From Thecamonas trahens ATCC 50062 (taxonomy: Eukaryota > Protista > Apusomonadida), in assembly GCF_000142905.1 (NCBI RefSeq), contig NW_013657607.1:1-64000 (forward strand): 64,000 nt of DNA, given 5' to 3'. The position numbers and the translations under genes are program-made. The notes under the pieces are model-generated. The model was given only the letters and a program-made list of their open reading frames with translations, was not told the origin of the DNA and did not search any database. Of this stretch, positions 35,113 through 46,251 are shown piece by piece; position 1 is the stretch's first letter, and every line of letters starts with the position of its first letter.

Positions 35113-35571
35113 ATGGAAGAACAACTGGGACAGCGCCGTTTTGCGCAGACGCAACGCCACCGCACGACCTTTTCCTGTACCTCACGCTCATTAAGGAGGA
35201 GAGAGGAAGAGAGAGCCACATTGATGCCACGCGAACCATCTCCAGCGCATGCAGATGGGGTACATACCGCAGTTGCTGCTGTGGCACAACTGGAGTCGGA
35301 GGTCGTCCTCACCACAGCTCAGCTCCAGGCGTGCGTTTTAACGGTGAGCGAGAGCATCCGCAGCGGAATACTCGGCGTAGACCACATCCTTCGTGCCGTG
35401 CGAGCTATGGACAACGAAGCTCAGATGGCCGTCCCTGACGCGCTTGATGTGTACGACGTGACCGGTATGGTCGACGTCATGGAGCAGCTACAGACCCACG
35501 ACTCGCACGAGATCTACATCGCCTCCAACAGCTTCCTCTCCCGCTGGTTTTCCTTCGATGAGCTCGGGTAG
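35113..35571 (+). CDS. Importin-alpha-like C-terminal atypical ARM fragment (may be the last exon or a remnant)
   Basis: ILGVDHILRA...GMVDVMEQLQTHDSHEIYIASNSFLSRWFS resembles importin-alpha LxxLENIL...GGLDKIExLQxHENxEIYxxAxxIIExYF. Confidence 0.5.
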   Translation: MEEQLGQRRFAQTQRHRTTFSCTSRSLRRREEERATLMPREPSPAHADGVHTAVAAVAQLESEVVLTTAQLQACVLTVSESIRSGILGVDHILRAVRAMDNEAQMAVPDALDVYDVTGMVDVMEQLQTHDSHEIYIASNSFLSRWFSFDELG

Positions 35572-35612
35572 CCGTACTGGCTTCATCTCCATCGATGGAC
35601 GGGCAATGGTTG

Positions 35613-35621
35613 CGACGATGG

Positions 35622-35689
<68 letters not shown>

Positions 35690-35693
35690 ATGG

Positions 35694-35779
<86 letters not shown>

Positions 35780-35950
35780 ATGACCACGATAACGACGATG
35801 ACGACGATGGTGACGATGACGACGATGACGACGATGGTGACGATGACGACGATGACGTCGACCACCATGACGTCGACCACCATGACCACCATGGCCACCA
35901 TGACCACGATGACCACGATGACCACCATGACCATGACCACCATGACCACC
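35613..35950. repeat. (GACGAT)n / (GACCAT)n hexanucleotide repeat
   Basis: Direct inspection. Confidence 0.97.
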
Positions 35951-36073
35951 TATCACAGCCTCATCACCGGTAAAAAGACACGCTCGCTCATCGCTCACGT
36001 CCACCCCGATGACAAGCCTGCACACCTCTCTCTCTCTTCCTCCGGCCCACGCACACGATCGATCACCGGTGCT

Positions 36074-36186
36074 CTCGCCCTCGCTCGCCCTCGCCATCGC
36101 CCTCGCCCTCGCCCTCGCCATCGCCCTCGCCCTCGCCATCGCCCTCGCCATCGCCCTCGCCCTCGCCCTCGCTCCATCGCCATCGC
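36074..36186. repeat. (CTCGCC / ATCGCC)n hexanucleotide repeat
   Basis: Lies just upstream of the ATG at 36199. Confidence 0.95.
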
Positions 36187-36198
36187 TCCATCCCCAGC

Positions 36199-38235
36199 AT
36201 GCTCACGGGCCTGTCACGGGAGATCTTGCAACTCATCGCATACGCGACAAACAGGCTGACAGCTGGCGAGGTACTCTCGCTCGCCCTCACCTGCCGCTAC
36301 CTCTACACGGCGCTCCTCGGCTCGCCCTTTACCCGATCGCTACATCATGCCCTTGGTGGCCTCGAACACTGCATCCGCAGCCAGGCATGGGCCGGTGGCA
36401 GACGGATCATTGCCTCGTCGGCCTCCTCGCCTCTGCCGGCAGACCTCATCCACATGGTCTTTGCCACAGGCGATGAGGAGTGCCACCAGTGGATGGCCCT
36501 CGTCAGAGACATGGCCACCCGCCGCATGGTCTTCCATCCCTCGTGGGGGCTGTCCTCCTCGGGCACGCCCGCCATGCCGTCCTACTCCGTCCGACTCGCC
36601 TTCCTCCGTCGAGTCTTCGGCGCCCGCTTCCTCCCGCTACCGCTCGCTGCCCTCGCTGCTCTCTATGGCCACCAAGCCACGGCGCTTGAGCTCGCCCAAC
36701 CGACCGACAAGCCGCTCTCGCCCTTGGCTCTCCTCGCTGTCGCCGCTTGTGCCGTCAAGGCCAACACCATCGAGCTCATGGCCGCTCTTGCTCCACTGGT
36801 TGACCTGGCCGGACGCTCGGAGCTCCTCCTCCGACTGGCGATCGACCTTGGCCGGCAGGAGATGGTCCGGCTGCTGGTGGATGACGCAAAGGTGAAGCGC
36901 GCTGTCTTGCCCAGCTCGCTGCTTGTCCGCGCCATGCGGTCTCCGCATCCCCACATCGCCATCATGCTCCTCGACCACCCGCTCCTTGATCCGTCGTCTG
37001 ACATGGCTGACTTGCTCACCAAGGCCTGCTCCTTTGGCCGGGCAGATGTGGTCCACCGCCTGCTCGCTCAGCCATCCGCCGTCCTTGATGTGCCCCTCCT
37101 TCACCGTCTTCTCCGCGCTGTCACCGACTCTGCGTCTACCGCCTCCCTCGCCGCTGTTCTCGCTGCCGCCACTGCCGCAGGCATCGCGCCCGACCCGAGC
37201 GACGTCGACAATGTCATCGCCATTGCCATGACCGGGAGGCATACCGACCTTGTTTTGCTCCTTTTGTCCGTCGACGGCGTCGATGGCAACGCGGCGCTAT
37301 GTCGTGCCGCTGCAGCCGGCCTCGACGACGTTGTCCGCTCTCTGCTGGCCGACCCGTCGGTTCATCCTGGCCACGACCAGCAGCGTGCGCTGTGCGCGGC
37401 GGCATCAGGCGGACACGATGCCGTCGTCAAGCTGCTCCTCGCTGATCCGCGGGTCGATCCTGCCAGCAACACCAGCGCCGCCCTCCGCCACGCTGCTTCT
37501 GCCGGCCGCACATCCGTCGTTGCCCTCCTCCTCGCTGCCCCGGGCATCGATCCATTTGCCGACAACTTGCACGCGCTCCGCAGCGCGCGGCTGCATGGTT
37601 ACATGGACGTTGTCGAGCTCCTCCTTGCCCATCCGGCCGCCGATCCAGCGCTCGACGACAACTACCCGATCCGCCTCGCCGCCGCCCTCGGCCGAACAGC
37701 CCGGCTGGGCGAGCTCCTTGCCACACCCGGCGTCGATCCGACCGCCGCCGACAACGAGGCCCTGTGCAAGGCGACCGAGGCCGGTCACGCGTCGGCAGTA
37801 GCGCTCCTGCTCGCCGACGGGCGGGCCGATCCGGCTGCCCGGGACAACCTGCCGCTGCGCAAGGCGGCGGCGCACGGGTACGCCGCCATTGTCGCAAATC
37901 TTCTCGCCTCCGGACGGGTCGATCCCGCCGCCGACGGCAACTACGCCATCCGCATGGCCGCCAGCCGTGGCCATCTCGCCGTCGTCGACCTTCTCCTCGC
38001 CCAGCCAGGCGTCGATCCGACCGCCTTCTCCTCCACCGCCCTCGTCATCGCCGCCATAGCCGGCCACACCGACATCGTCACCGCCATCCTCGCCACGCCC
38101 TTCCGCCCCCTTCACCAGCACGCAGACCTCTGCCGCGCCGCAAACTCTGCCCGCAGCTGTGGCCAGATCGAGATCGCCGCCATCATCGACGCCGCCATCA
38201 CCTCGCTATCCCCGCCCAGCCCCAGCCGACCTTGA
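36199..38235 (+). CDS. Ankyrin-repeat protein with N-terminal F-box-like motif
   Basis: LSREILQLIA...EVLSLALTCRYLY (F-box pattern); many DPxAxDNxALRxAAxxGHxxVVxLLL ankyrin repeats. Confidence 0.85.
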   Translation: MLTGLSREILQLIAYATNRLTAGEVLSLALTCRYLYTALLGSPFTRSLHHALGGLEHCIRSQAWAGGRRIIASSASSPLPADLIHMVFATGDEECHQWMALVRDMATRRMVFHPSWGLSSSGTPAMPSYSVRLAFLRRVFGARFLPLPLAALAALYGHQATALELAQPTDKPLSPLALLAVAACAVKANTIELMAALAPLVDLAGRSELLLRLAIDLGRQEMVRLLVDDAKVKRAVLPSSLLVRAMRSPHPHIAIMLLDHPLLDPSSDMADLLTKACSFGRADVVHRLLAQPSAVLDVPLLHRLLRAVTDSASTASLAAVLAAATAAGIAPDPSDVDNVIAIAMTGRHTDLVLLLLSVDGVDGNAALCRAAAAGLDDVVRSLLADPSVHPGHDQQRALCAAASGGHDAVVKLLLADPRVDPASNTSAALRHAASAGRTSVVALLLAAPGIDPFADNLHALRSARLHGYMDVVELLLAHPAADPALDDNYPIRLAAALGRTARLGELLATPGVDPTAADNEALCKATEAGHASAVALLLADGRADPAARDNLPLRKAAAHGYAAIVANLLASGRVDPAADGNYAIRMAASRGHLAVVDLLLAQPGVDPTAFSSTALVIAAIAGHTDIVTAILATPFRPLHQHADLCRAANSARSCGQIEIAAIIDAAITSLSPPSPSRP

Positions 38236-38482
38236 TGAAACTACCACTCGGCCATGACTGCCACCGTGTGTGTGCAAGGAGTACCGGTGCGGAGAATACC
38301 GGGTGCGGTGGAGAGACGTGCAATTTTTTTTTTGGGCATCGCTCCCGCTCACCATCTTCCGTCCAAAGCGGAAAGCGACGACGCTTTCTTTTTTTTTTTT
38401 TTCGGCGGCGGCGGCAGATAGCGGCGGTGGGAGCGGGAGGTGAGCACTCAACGCACGCCTGTGTGGGACGAGTGCAGTGAGG

Positions 38483-41400
38483 ATGGATGATGAGATTGAA
38501 TTTGGAGAGAGCATGTGCGTGTGCGACTTGATGGGCATCACCGACGTTTGCATGTGTGGTTCTGGCTTGGCTGTCCCTCCTGGAAATGGCGGGAACACTC
38601 GCGCGTCTTTCTCTGTCGCTGACGAGCGAGCGGCGAGTGACCTCTGCCGTTCTTCCGGCCACCTGGCCGGTGGGCAGGGGCATGGTGTGGGGGCGGACGG
38701 GGAGGGTGAGAGGGACGAAAACGGGACCATAGACGGGAAAGAAGCTGTTACATGTGAGGACGCGTTTGCAGACATGCTCGTGGACGCTATCCTCACACAG
38801 CTCCATCCCAACTCTGCCATCCCTCCGCGCGTGCCGCACCAAGTCACGCCTTTCTCGCCTTCCGACAACCATGGCACTCGGCCCGCCAACAACAACAATT
38901 GTTCAGCCAACGATTATGCTCATCCCGCCAACAACAACAATCGTTCAGCCAACGATTATGCTCATCCCACCAACAACAACAATTGTTCAGCCAACGATTA
39001 TGCTCCGCCCGCCAACAACAACAATTGTTCAGCCAACGATCATGCTCATCCCGCCAACAACAACAATCGTTCAGCCAACGATTATGCTCATCCCGCCAAC
39101 AACAACAATTGTTCAGCAAACGATTATGCTCCGCCCGCCAACAACAACAATTGTTCAGCCAACGATTATGCTCATCCCGCCAACAACAACAATCGTTCAG
39201 CCAACGATTATGCTCATCCTGCCAACAACAACAATCGTTCAGCCAACGATTATGCTCCATCGGCGGCGCCCACACCCATCCCTGACCGCAGCTCGGCTCC
39301 GCCGCCAAGCTCGTCACTCGCAGCGACAAGATCGCATCATGGAGAGGATGCTCAGGGGAGCGCCCACGGGCTGCCGACGACGCCACTGCTGGCCTCGTCG
39401 CTGCCGAGCGGCATGACGGTGCTGGCGGACAGATCGGTGACGACCACCGAGTCGCCCGTCCGCCGCTCATCGTCGCTGACATGCTCGACGCTCCGCACCT
39501 CGTCCGAGACCCTCGACGAGATTGAGGACGCAGACCCGACCGACGGCGATGCGTCCGACTCGGAGCTCGACTCGGATCCACTCCACGTCGCCTCGATCTT
39601 CCTCTCGGCCGTCACCAAGCGCTTTGCCGGCGCCTTTCCTGCTGCCGCCGCCGCAGAGCCTGCCGTCGACGCCGCGCCTGCTGCCGCCATCACGTCGATG
39701 GCGACCTCGCTTGCGGGATGGACGTGCGCGGCAAAGGCTGCCAAGTTGGCTGTCGCAGAGCGGACCGCCGCCAACGTTGCTGCCGCCGCTGCAGCCATGC
39801 CCGACGACTTGCCGACCTCGCCCTCGAGTCCGTCGAGCCCGAGCAGCCCCACTCAGCTCGGCTCGCCGCCGCTGGCTGCCTCGTTCGCCATTGCCTCGCT
39901 GGCCCAATCGTCGTCGTCCTCGCTCGCCACCTCTGAGTCGACCGAGCTCCTCGGCGGGTCATCGTCGGACGATGACGCTGACGACGACGACGACGACGAC
40001 GATGACGGCGGCAATGACGGCGACGGCGACGACAAAGGTGACGGCGGATGGGTCGATCTCGGCTCGTCGTCGCTCCTCTGCTCGGTCTCGCCGTACACGG
40101 CAGCGCTCTGCGCCGACGCCCGCTGGATGTGCACCCTGGCGGCGCTCGACGCAGCGGCCAAGCCTCTGGCAGCGTCGGGCATTGCCCACGCCGTCGCTGT
40201 CTGCGGGCCGGCGCGCATCAACGCGCTCTGCCGGGTCCTGGTCGTCACGCCGCAGCCAGAGGCGCTGACCGCAGCTGCAGCTGCGTCGGCGCTCCTTGCT
40301 GCCTTTCCGCGCACCCGCATCGCGAGCCCGGCCACCGCAGCCGCAGCCGCCGCGCCGCACATGTACGCCCTTGTCGCCGGCGACGCCACCATCTTCCATG
40401 AGTACGCGACGCAGCGGCGGCAGCGGGCCGAGCTGCCGCACCCGCTGGCGGGCCTCCCGCAGGCGCGGATCCGCCACGCCGACGCGCTGGCAGCGCTGGC
40501 AGCCCTCGGCGACGCGCCGCCAGACGACCTCGTCGAGGCCATCACCACGGTCGTCGCCGCCCTCGCCGCCTTCTTCAACGTCTCGCCGAGGCTGGTCACC
40601 GGCCAGCGGCGGCGGCCCGGGGCGCCGCCGACAGAGCTCCTCCTCGCCGCGCTTGTTGCCGCCCAGGTGGTCAACAGCTACGTGGCGTCACAGCTTGTCG
40701 CCGCCCTCCACGCCTTGGTCGGCTCATCGGCGCTCGCTGCCGAGGCTGCGCCGGTAGCAGCGCCAACCATCGCCACGCCGCTCGCGCACATGGCGGCGGA
40801 CATGGCGGGCGGGATGGCGCGGTGCGGCGCGGCGGCGGCGCCGCGGGCACTGGACACATCCAACGCGGCGCTCCTGGCGGCGCTTCCCTTTCGTGACGCT
40901 GGGTACCTCGCGGCGGCGGCGTGGCGGGTCAGCCTCGACGGCATCTCCTCGCCAGTCTGCACCTACGGCATGGCCGGGACCCGCGGCCCGCCGCGGCGGT
41001 ACGCCGGGCTCGGCATCGGCATGGGCGCGCCCGTCCGCGGAGCGTGCCACCTCGGCGCCGCCATCCGGGAGATCGACGGCGAGGCATGGCCCGAGTTCCT
41101 CGCCTCGCGCGATGCCTTCTGCGCCCGCTATCCGGCCTACCGCGCCGTCTTCTACTCGGCCACCACCGATGAGGTCCGTATGCTCGCACCCCAGGCCGTG
41201 GGCCAGCTGTTCGGCTCGGCGGTGCTGGCCGGCAACGCCCGCGTCCGCGTCGGCGCCTTTGACTTTCTCCTCGCCGACGCCACCGCCCCGCACGAGGTGG
41301 CCGTCTCCGTCCTGGCGCGGGCGCTCTTCCACGGCGGCGCGAGCGGACGCTCGCCACATCCGGGCGGCGTGCCCGCCGCTGATCTGGTCAAGGTCTTCTA

Positions 41401-43755
41401 CCTCAACAAGATCCACGTCTTCCTCGTCACCCACGCCGTCCACGGCCCGCTCCTCGCCGACGCCCTCCGCGCCGCGCCCCCAACCTCGGCAGCGCCACTC
41501 GCCCTTGATCCGTACTCCTTCTCCCTCCACACTGTCCTCGCCCTCATCACCTCGCCCGAGGACGCCTGCCCGCGCGGCTACGTGGCCGAGCACCTGCCGC
41601 CGCTGCCGGCTGCGGTCATCGCGCCGGGAGACGTCTCGCTCGCCGCCTCGCCGCTCGGCTTGGTCCGCACAGGCCGCGGGCGGGCCTTTGTCGAGCCGAC
41701 CGCCAAGGGCGGCCGCCTCTCGGCCCGGCTTGCCCTCCTGAAGAACGTGCTCTTCTGCATGCGCGCCGGGATGCGGGCCAAGGTCGACAGCGCGCTGGCG
41801 GCGCAGCTGGCGCACGCGCCCGATGGGCGGACCATCGTCGACCTCACGCTGGACGTCCTCCGCGGCATGGAGCTGCGGATGTCCGAGGCGCCGGCGATGC
41901 TCAAGGCCGGCCTTGTCCACCTGCTCGTCGCCCGCATCGACGACGTCGTCGGCACCGTCTGCGCCGACCCGGCCATGACCCACACCGAGCTGCTGGCCAC
42001 CGCCCAGCCGCAGCTCGCCACCATCTATGCCAAAGCCGCCAAGACGCCATGCCCGGTCAAGGCCTTTATCACCGGCATCCTCCGCAAGCAGTGGCGCTGC
42101 GGCCGCCGCCTCAGCCCGGACGAGATCCTCGACGCCCAGATGTGTCTGCCGACGAGCGTGGTGAGTGGCGGGCGGGCGCGGTCGTGGTCGCGGACGCGGT
42201 CGCGGACGCGGTCGTCGTCGGCTGCCGGGCACAAGGGCCTGGGCCTCGGGCGCAAGCGGTCCAAGAGCGGCGCCATTGTCACGGCGCTGAGCGAGGACGG
42301 AGGAACGGCCGGCGAGCAGGGCGATCTCGAGGCGCTCGTTGTCCCGTCGCAGCTGCCGGGCGCCGGCGACGCGCCGCTGTGGTACGACGCGGCGCTGGTG
42401 GGCCTCGTCACCGCTGGCGACGCCGAGGGCTTTGCCAAGCTCCCGCACCGGCTGCTGATGCAGCGGATGCTGTCGGACATGGACTTTGGCGCGTGCGCCG
42501 TCGGCAGCAGCGCGCTCAAGACAATCCTCAAGGCGGCGACGCCGATGACGCTGCGGACGCTTGTCCTCCGCAACGTGGCGGTGCTGACGGACGTCCTCCT
42601 CGAGCCGCTGCTGGCCAAGACGCCGCATCTACAGGAGCTGGACGTGAGCGGCGGGGTGGAGCTGGTGACGGTGGGGCGGGTGGCGGCGCACTGCCGGCTC
42701 TCGCTCGCTGTCCTCCGGCTCGTCGGCTGCGTCCGCATCCCGCTCCCCGAGCTCGACCTCATCGAGGCTACCTGCACCCGCCTCCGGGCCGTCCACCTCG
42801 GCCCGAGCCACTCGAGGGACCTGTACTCGCCGGGCGCTACGTGCGCAGCCCATCCGCGGTGCCTGGTCACGGGCGCGCCGCACATTGTGTGGGCCCATCT
42901 GCCGCCGGGCATGCGTCGGGCGCTCGCCGCCTTTGCCGTCCCGCCGCCCTCGGCCACGCCGCGCGCCCTCTCGGCCTTTGCCTCGCGCATCCGCGTCGAC
43001 CTGGCGTCGGCCGACCTCGCCGACGCCCTCGTCGCCAACATCGCCGTTGTTCTGCCCACCGCCGAGCGCATCTCCGCCCTCTCCATCGCCGACAACCCGC
43101 GCCTCACGGACGCCTCGCTCCTCCCGCTCGCCCGCGCCTTTGCCGCCAACGACTGCATCGTCGAGCTCGACGTCTCGGCCAACCCGGGCCTCTCGCCGCT
43201 GGCCACCATTGAGCTCGATGCCCTCCGCGCCACTCTCCTTGCCGACATCGGCCGCGAGCTGGTCCTCTCCGGCAGCTGCTGGGCCTCTGCCCGCGCCCTC
43301 TGCCCGGCGCAGGTCCCCTCGCCGCTCCCGCCGCGCTCCGTCCTCGCCGGCGAGGTCACAGCCGTCGCCGCCGTCTCGCCCACCGCCGTCATCGTCGGCT
43401 CGGCCGGCGGCAAGCTGGCCGTCATCGACTCGGCCTCGGGCTCGTCGCGGGTCGTTGACATTGTCCTCTCCTCGCCCGTCGTCGCCCTCACCATCGATGC
43501 TCCCCGCGGCAAGGTCCTCGCCGCCACTGCAGCCGGCCGCGTCGCCGTCCTCGCTCTCGCCTCGTGGCGCCTCCTCCGCATCCTCGACATGACCGCCGCC
43601 ACAGATGACGCCGCCGTCACCGATGACGAGGTCTCGACCGAGTGCGTCACGCCGACAACACCGACGACTCCCTCGGTGGCGTGGTCGTCGTCGGCGGCCT
43701 CGTCGCCCGCGCCTTCGCCCAAGCCGCTCACGCCGACGACGCCTTCATCGGCGGC

Positions 43756-43796
<41 letters not shown>

Positions 43797-44578
43797 GGCG
43801 GCCGAGCGCCACCTTTGCCGGCCTCCACACCCTCCCGGTCCCGCCGCCGATCCAGATCGGTCGGAACGGGAGTGAGGTGGAGGGCGAGGGCGGCAGTGTT
43901 GGGTGCGACGAGCTGCTTGATGCGTTACCGGATGACGGGAGGGAGAGCGATGCGGTGGTGGGTGCGGTGGTGCTGCCGCGGAAGCGGGCGGTGGTGGCCA
44001 GCGCAGCGGGCGCAATGACCGAGTTCAAGCTGTCGAGCGGGCGCAAGGTGGCGGCGTTCGAGGCGCTGGCCATGCCCGGTGGGCGGCTGGTGGCGGTGGC
44101 AGTGACCGACGAGTGGGCGGTGGCGGCGGCGGACGCGTGTGGGCGACTGGCGTGGTGGACGCGCGCGGCGCGCGACTGGGTCCGCGTCGCCGAGATCAGC
44201 GTGGGCATGCGGACGGCGACGGTGGCGCTTGCCCGGGCGTGCGGTGAGAAGGTGATGTTGGTCTCGGTCGCCGGCGAGCTGGCGGTGGTTGACACGAGCG
44301 CGCAGCGGGTTGTTGCGCGCCGCTCTGACGTGCGCGGGCAGGCTGGGACCGTCCGCGCGGCGTATCCGCTCGGCGGCGGCCTCGTCGCCGTCGTCGCTGC
44401 GCAGCCGTGGACGGTGACGGTGTGGAACGCGCGGACCGGGCTCTCTGTGGTGACCCACCTCGCAGTCCCGGCGCATCCGCTCGCCCCGGCCGCCGACTGG
44501 CACCACGTCGTCGTCGACCGCCGCAGCGGGGCGGTGGTGGTGGTCGGCGGCGGGGTGGTCCAGGTCATGAGCGTGTAG
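38483..44578 (+). CDS. ~2030-aa protein: disordered N-terminus, unknown central domain, LRRs, C-terminal WD40-like beta-propeller
   Basis: Uninterrupted ORF with typical GC3 codon use. LRR-like PHLQELDVSGG, LSIADNPRLTDASL and IVELDVSAN; WD-like VTAVAA...VIVGSAGGKLAVID and TVTVWN. Confidence 0.75.
38881..39258 (+). repeat. 42-bp coding tandem repeat, 9 copies (PANNNN[C/R]SANDYA[H/P])
   Basis: ccgccaacaacaacaatYgttcagccaacgattatgctc recurring every 42 bp. Confidence 0.97.
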
Positions 44579-44625
44579 GCGGCGGCGAGGGTGTTTAACG
44601 GCACCGCGGGGGAAGCGGGGGCCGA

Positions 44626-45845
44626 CTAGGCGGTAAACGGCTTGCCGTGGATAAAGTTGTGGAGGAGGACCGAGGCGACGGCGGGCTGGTCCATGGGCAC
44701 GAGGTGACCGGCGTCCTCGATGTTGACGAGGGTGAGGCCACCGGCTGCCTTGGCCTGGCCGACCTCCTTGCCGGCGATGGTCCACGGCGCGAGGTGGGCG
44801 GCGTTAAAGGCGTCCTGGCCGGCAAAGCCGATCTCTGCGGTCCAGGCCTCTGCGCCGACGTAGTTGCAGATGAGGTCGTTCTTGCCCGAGTAGACCATGT
44901 ACGGGAGGCCTGCGTCGAGGATGGCCTGGACGTCCGGGCCGGACGACATCATACGGTCGATGAGGAGCGGAATGCCTGCGGTGGTGGAGCAGTCGGTCCA
45001 CTTGTAGCCAGCGGGGACGCCGAGGGCTGCGCGGGTGGCGGGCATGTTGACGTAGTCGGACATAAAGGTGAAGTTGTAGCCGAGCTTGCCGATGGACGGC
45101 TTCTTGATGTCGTACACGTTGATGTGGTGGCCGTCGATCTTGGGCGCGGTCTCGATGATGAGGGCCATGATGGCGGAGCAGGCGTCCTCGGCCTCGATCC
45201 ACTTCTCAATGGACGGGTTGGCGACAGCCGAGTTGTACAGCTCGCGGCAGGCAAAGGTGGCGGCGTCGACGGCGAGCTTCGAGGCACCGTGGATGAGGCC
45301 GTTGGCCGTGGCAAAGGCGCCGTACGTCTCGTACTGGGTGAGCGGGACGGACCACGGGTCGCCGGTGGCGCAGCCGCGGAGGTTGAGGCCGGCCTTGTTG
45401 ACGGTGTTGAGGATGCGGGCGCAGAGCGAGGGCACGTAGCGGCCGGCGTACGACTCGCCGGTGATGTACAGCGGAGCCTTGGCGTACGCCGGGAACTGCT
45501 TGAGCAGGCCTTGCAGAAAGTCGACGAGGTAGAGCGAGATGATCTCCTCGTTGGTCTCCACGTCGGGCGACTCGGGCGAGAAGCCGGTGCCAAACGGCTG
45601 GTCGACCCACACCACGTTGGCCTCGTTGTTCCACGCATCAGCGTTCCGCTCCAGCTGCAGCGTCTGCGCGTTGATCCGCGCCGGGCCGTTCTCGGCAAAG
45701 AACGCCGTGACGGACGAGCATCCCGGCCCGCCCGTGAGCCACAGGACGAGCGGCGCCGTCTCGGGCGCCTTTCGGGCCTCGGCGAGGATGTAGAAGAACT
45801 TGGACTGGAACTCGGGCTCGACCACGACGTAGCCGGCGTAGAGGG
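44626..45845 (-). CDS. Serine carboxypeptidase (peptidase S10); 5' exon not located
   Basis: LYAGYV, WLTGGPGCSS, VDQPFGTGFS, GESYAG (Ser), DLICN (Asp) and AGHLVPMDQP (His); strong codon bias. The frame has no ATG upstream and is preceded by a CAG acceptor-like site at ~45846-45848. Confidence 0.95.
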
Positions 45846-45886
45846 TGTCTGCGAGAGTGTGTTGTGGGAGCGTGGGTGGCGACGGT

Positions 45887-46056
45887 GATCATGACGATGA
45901 CGATGATGATCATGGTCATCATCATCATCATAGTCATCATCATCATCATCATCATAGTCATCATAGTCATCATCATCATCATTGTCATCATCATCATCAT
46001 TGTCATCATCATCATCATGGTCATCATCATCATCATCATCATCATGGTCATCATGG

Positions 46057-46114
<58 letters not shown>

Positions 46115-46130
46115 GTCATCATCATCATGG

Positions 46131-46161
<31 letters not shown>

Positions 46162-46175
46162 GGTCATCACCATCA
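45887..46175. repeat. (ATC)n trinucleotide microsatellite
   Basis: Direct inspection; lies between two divergent genes. Confidence 0.98.
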
Positions 46176-46251
46176 CCCCCATCACCATCCCCCCCCCTCC
46201 CCTCCACCCCCACCCCCTCTCCCACCCACCCCACCTCCCCACTTCCCCACC

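Noticed and set aside
35477-36259. Poly-MTT, HRR and VIV ORFs (also the poly-M/H/I ORFs at 45638-46543 and the repeat ORFs at 54982-56919)
   Set aside because: They are translations of microsatellites and minisatellites.
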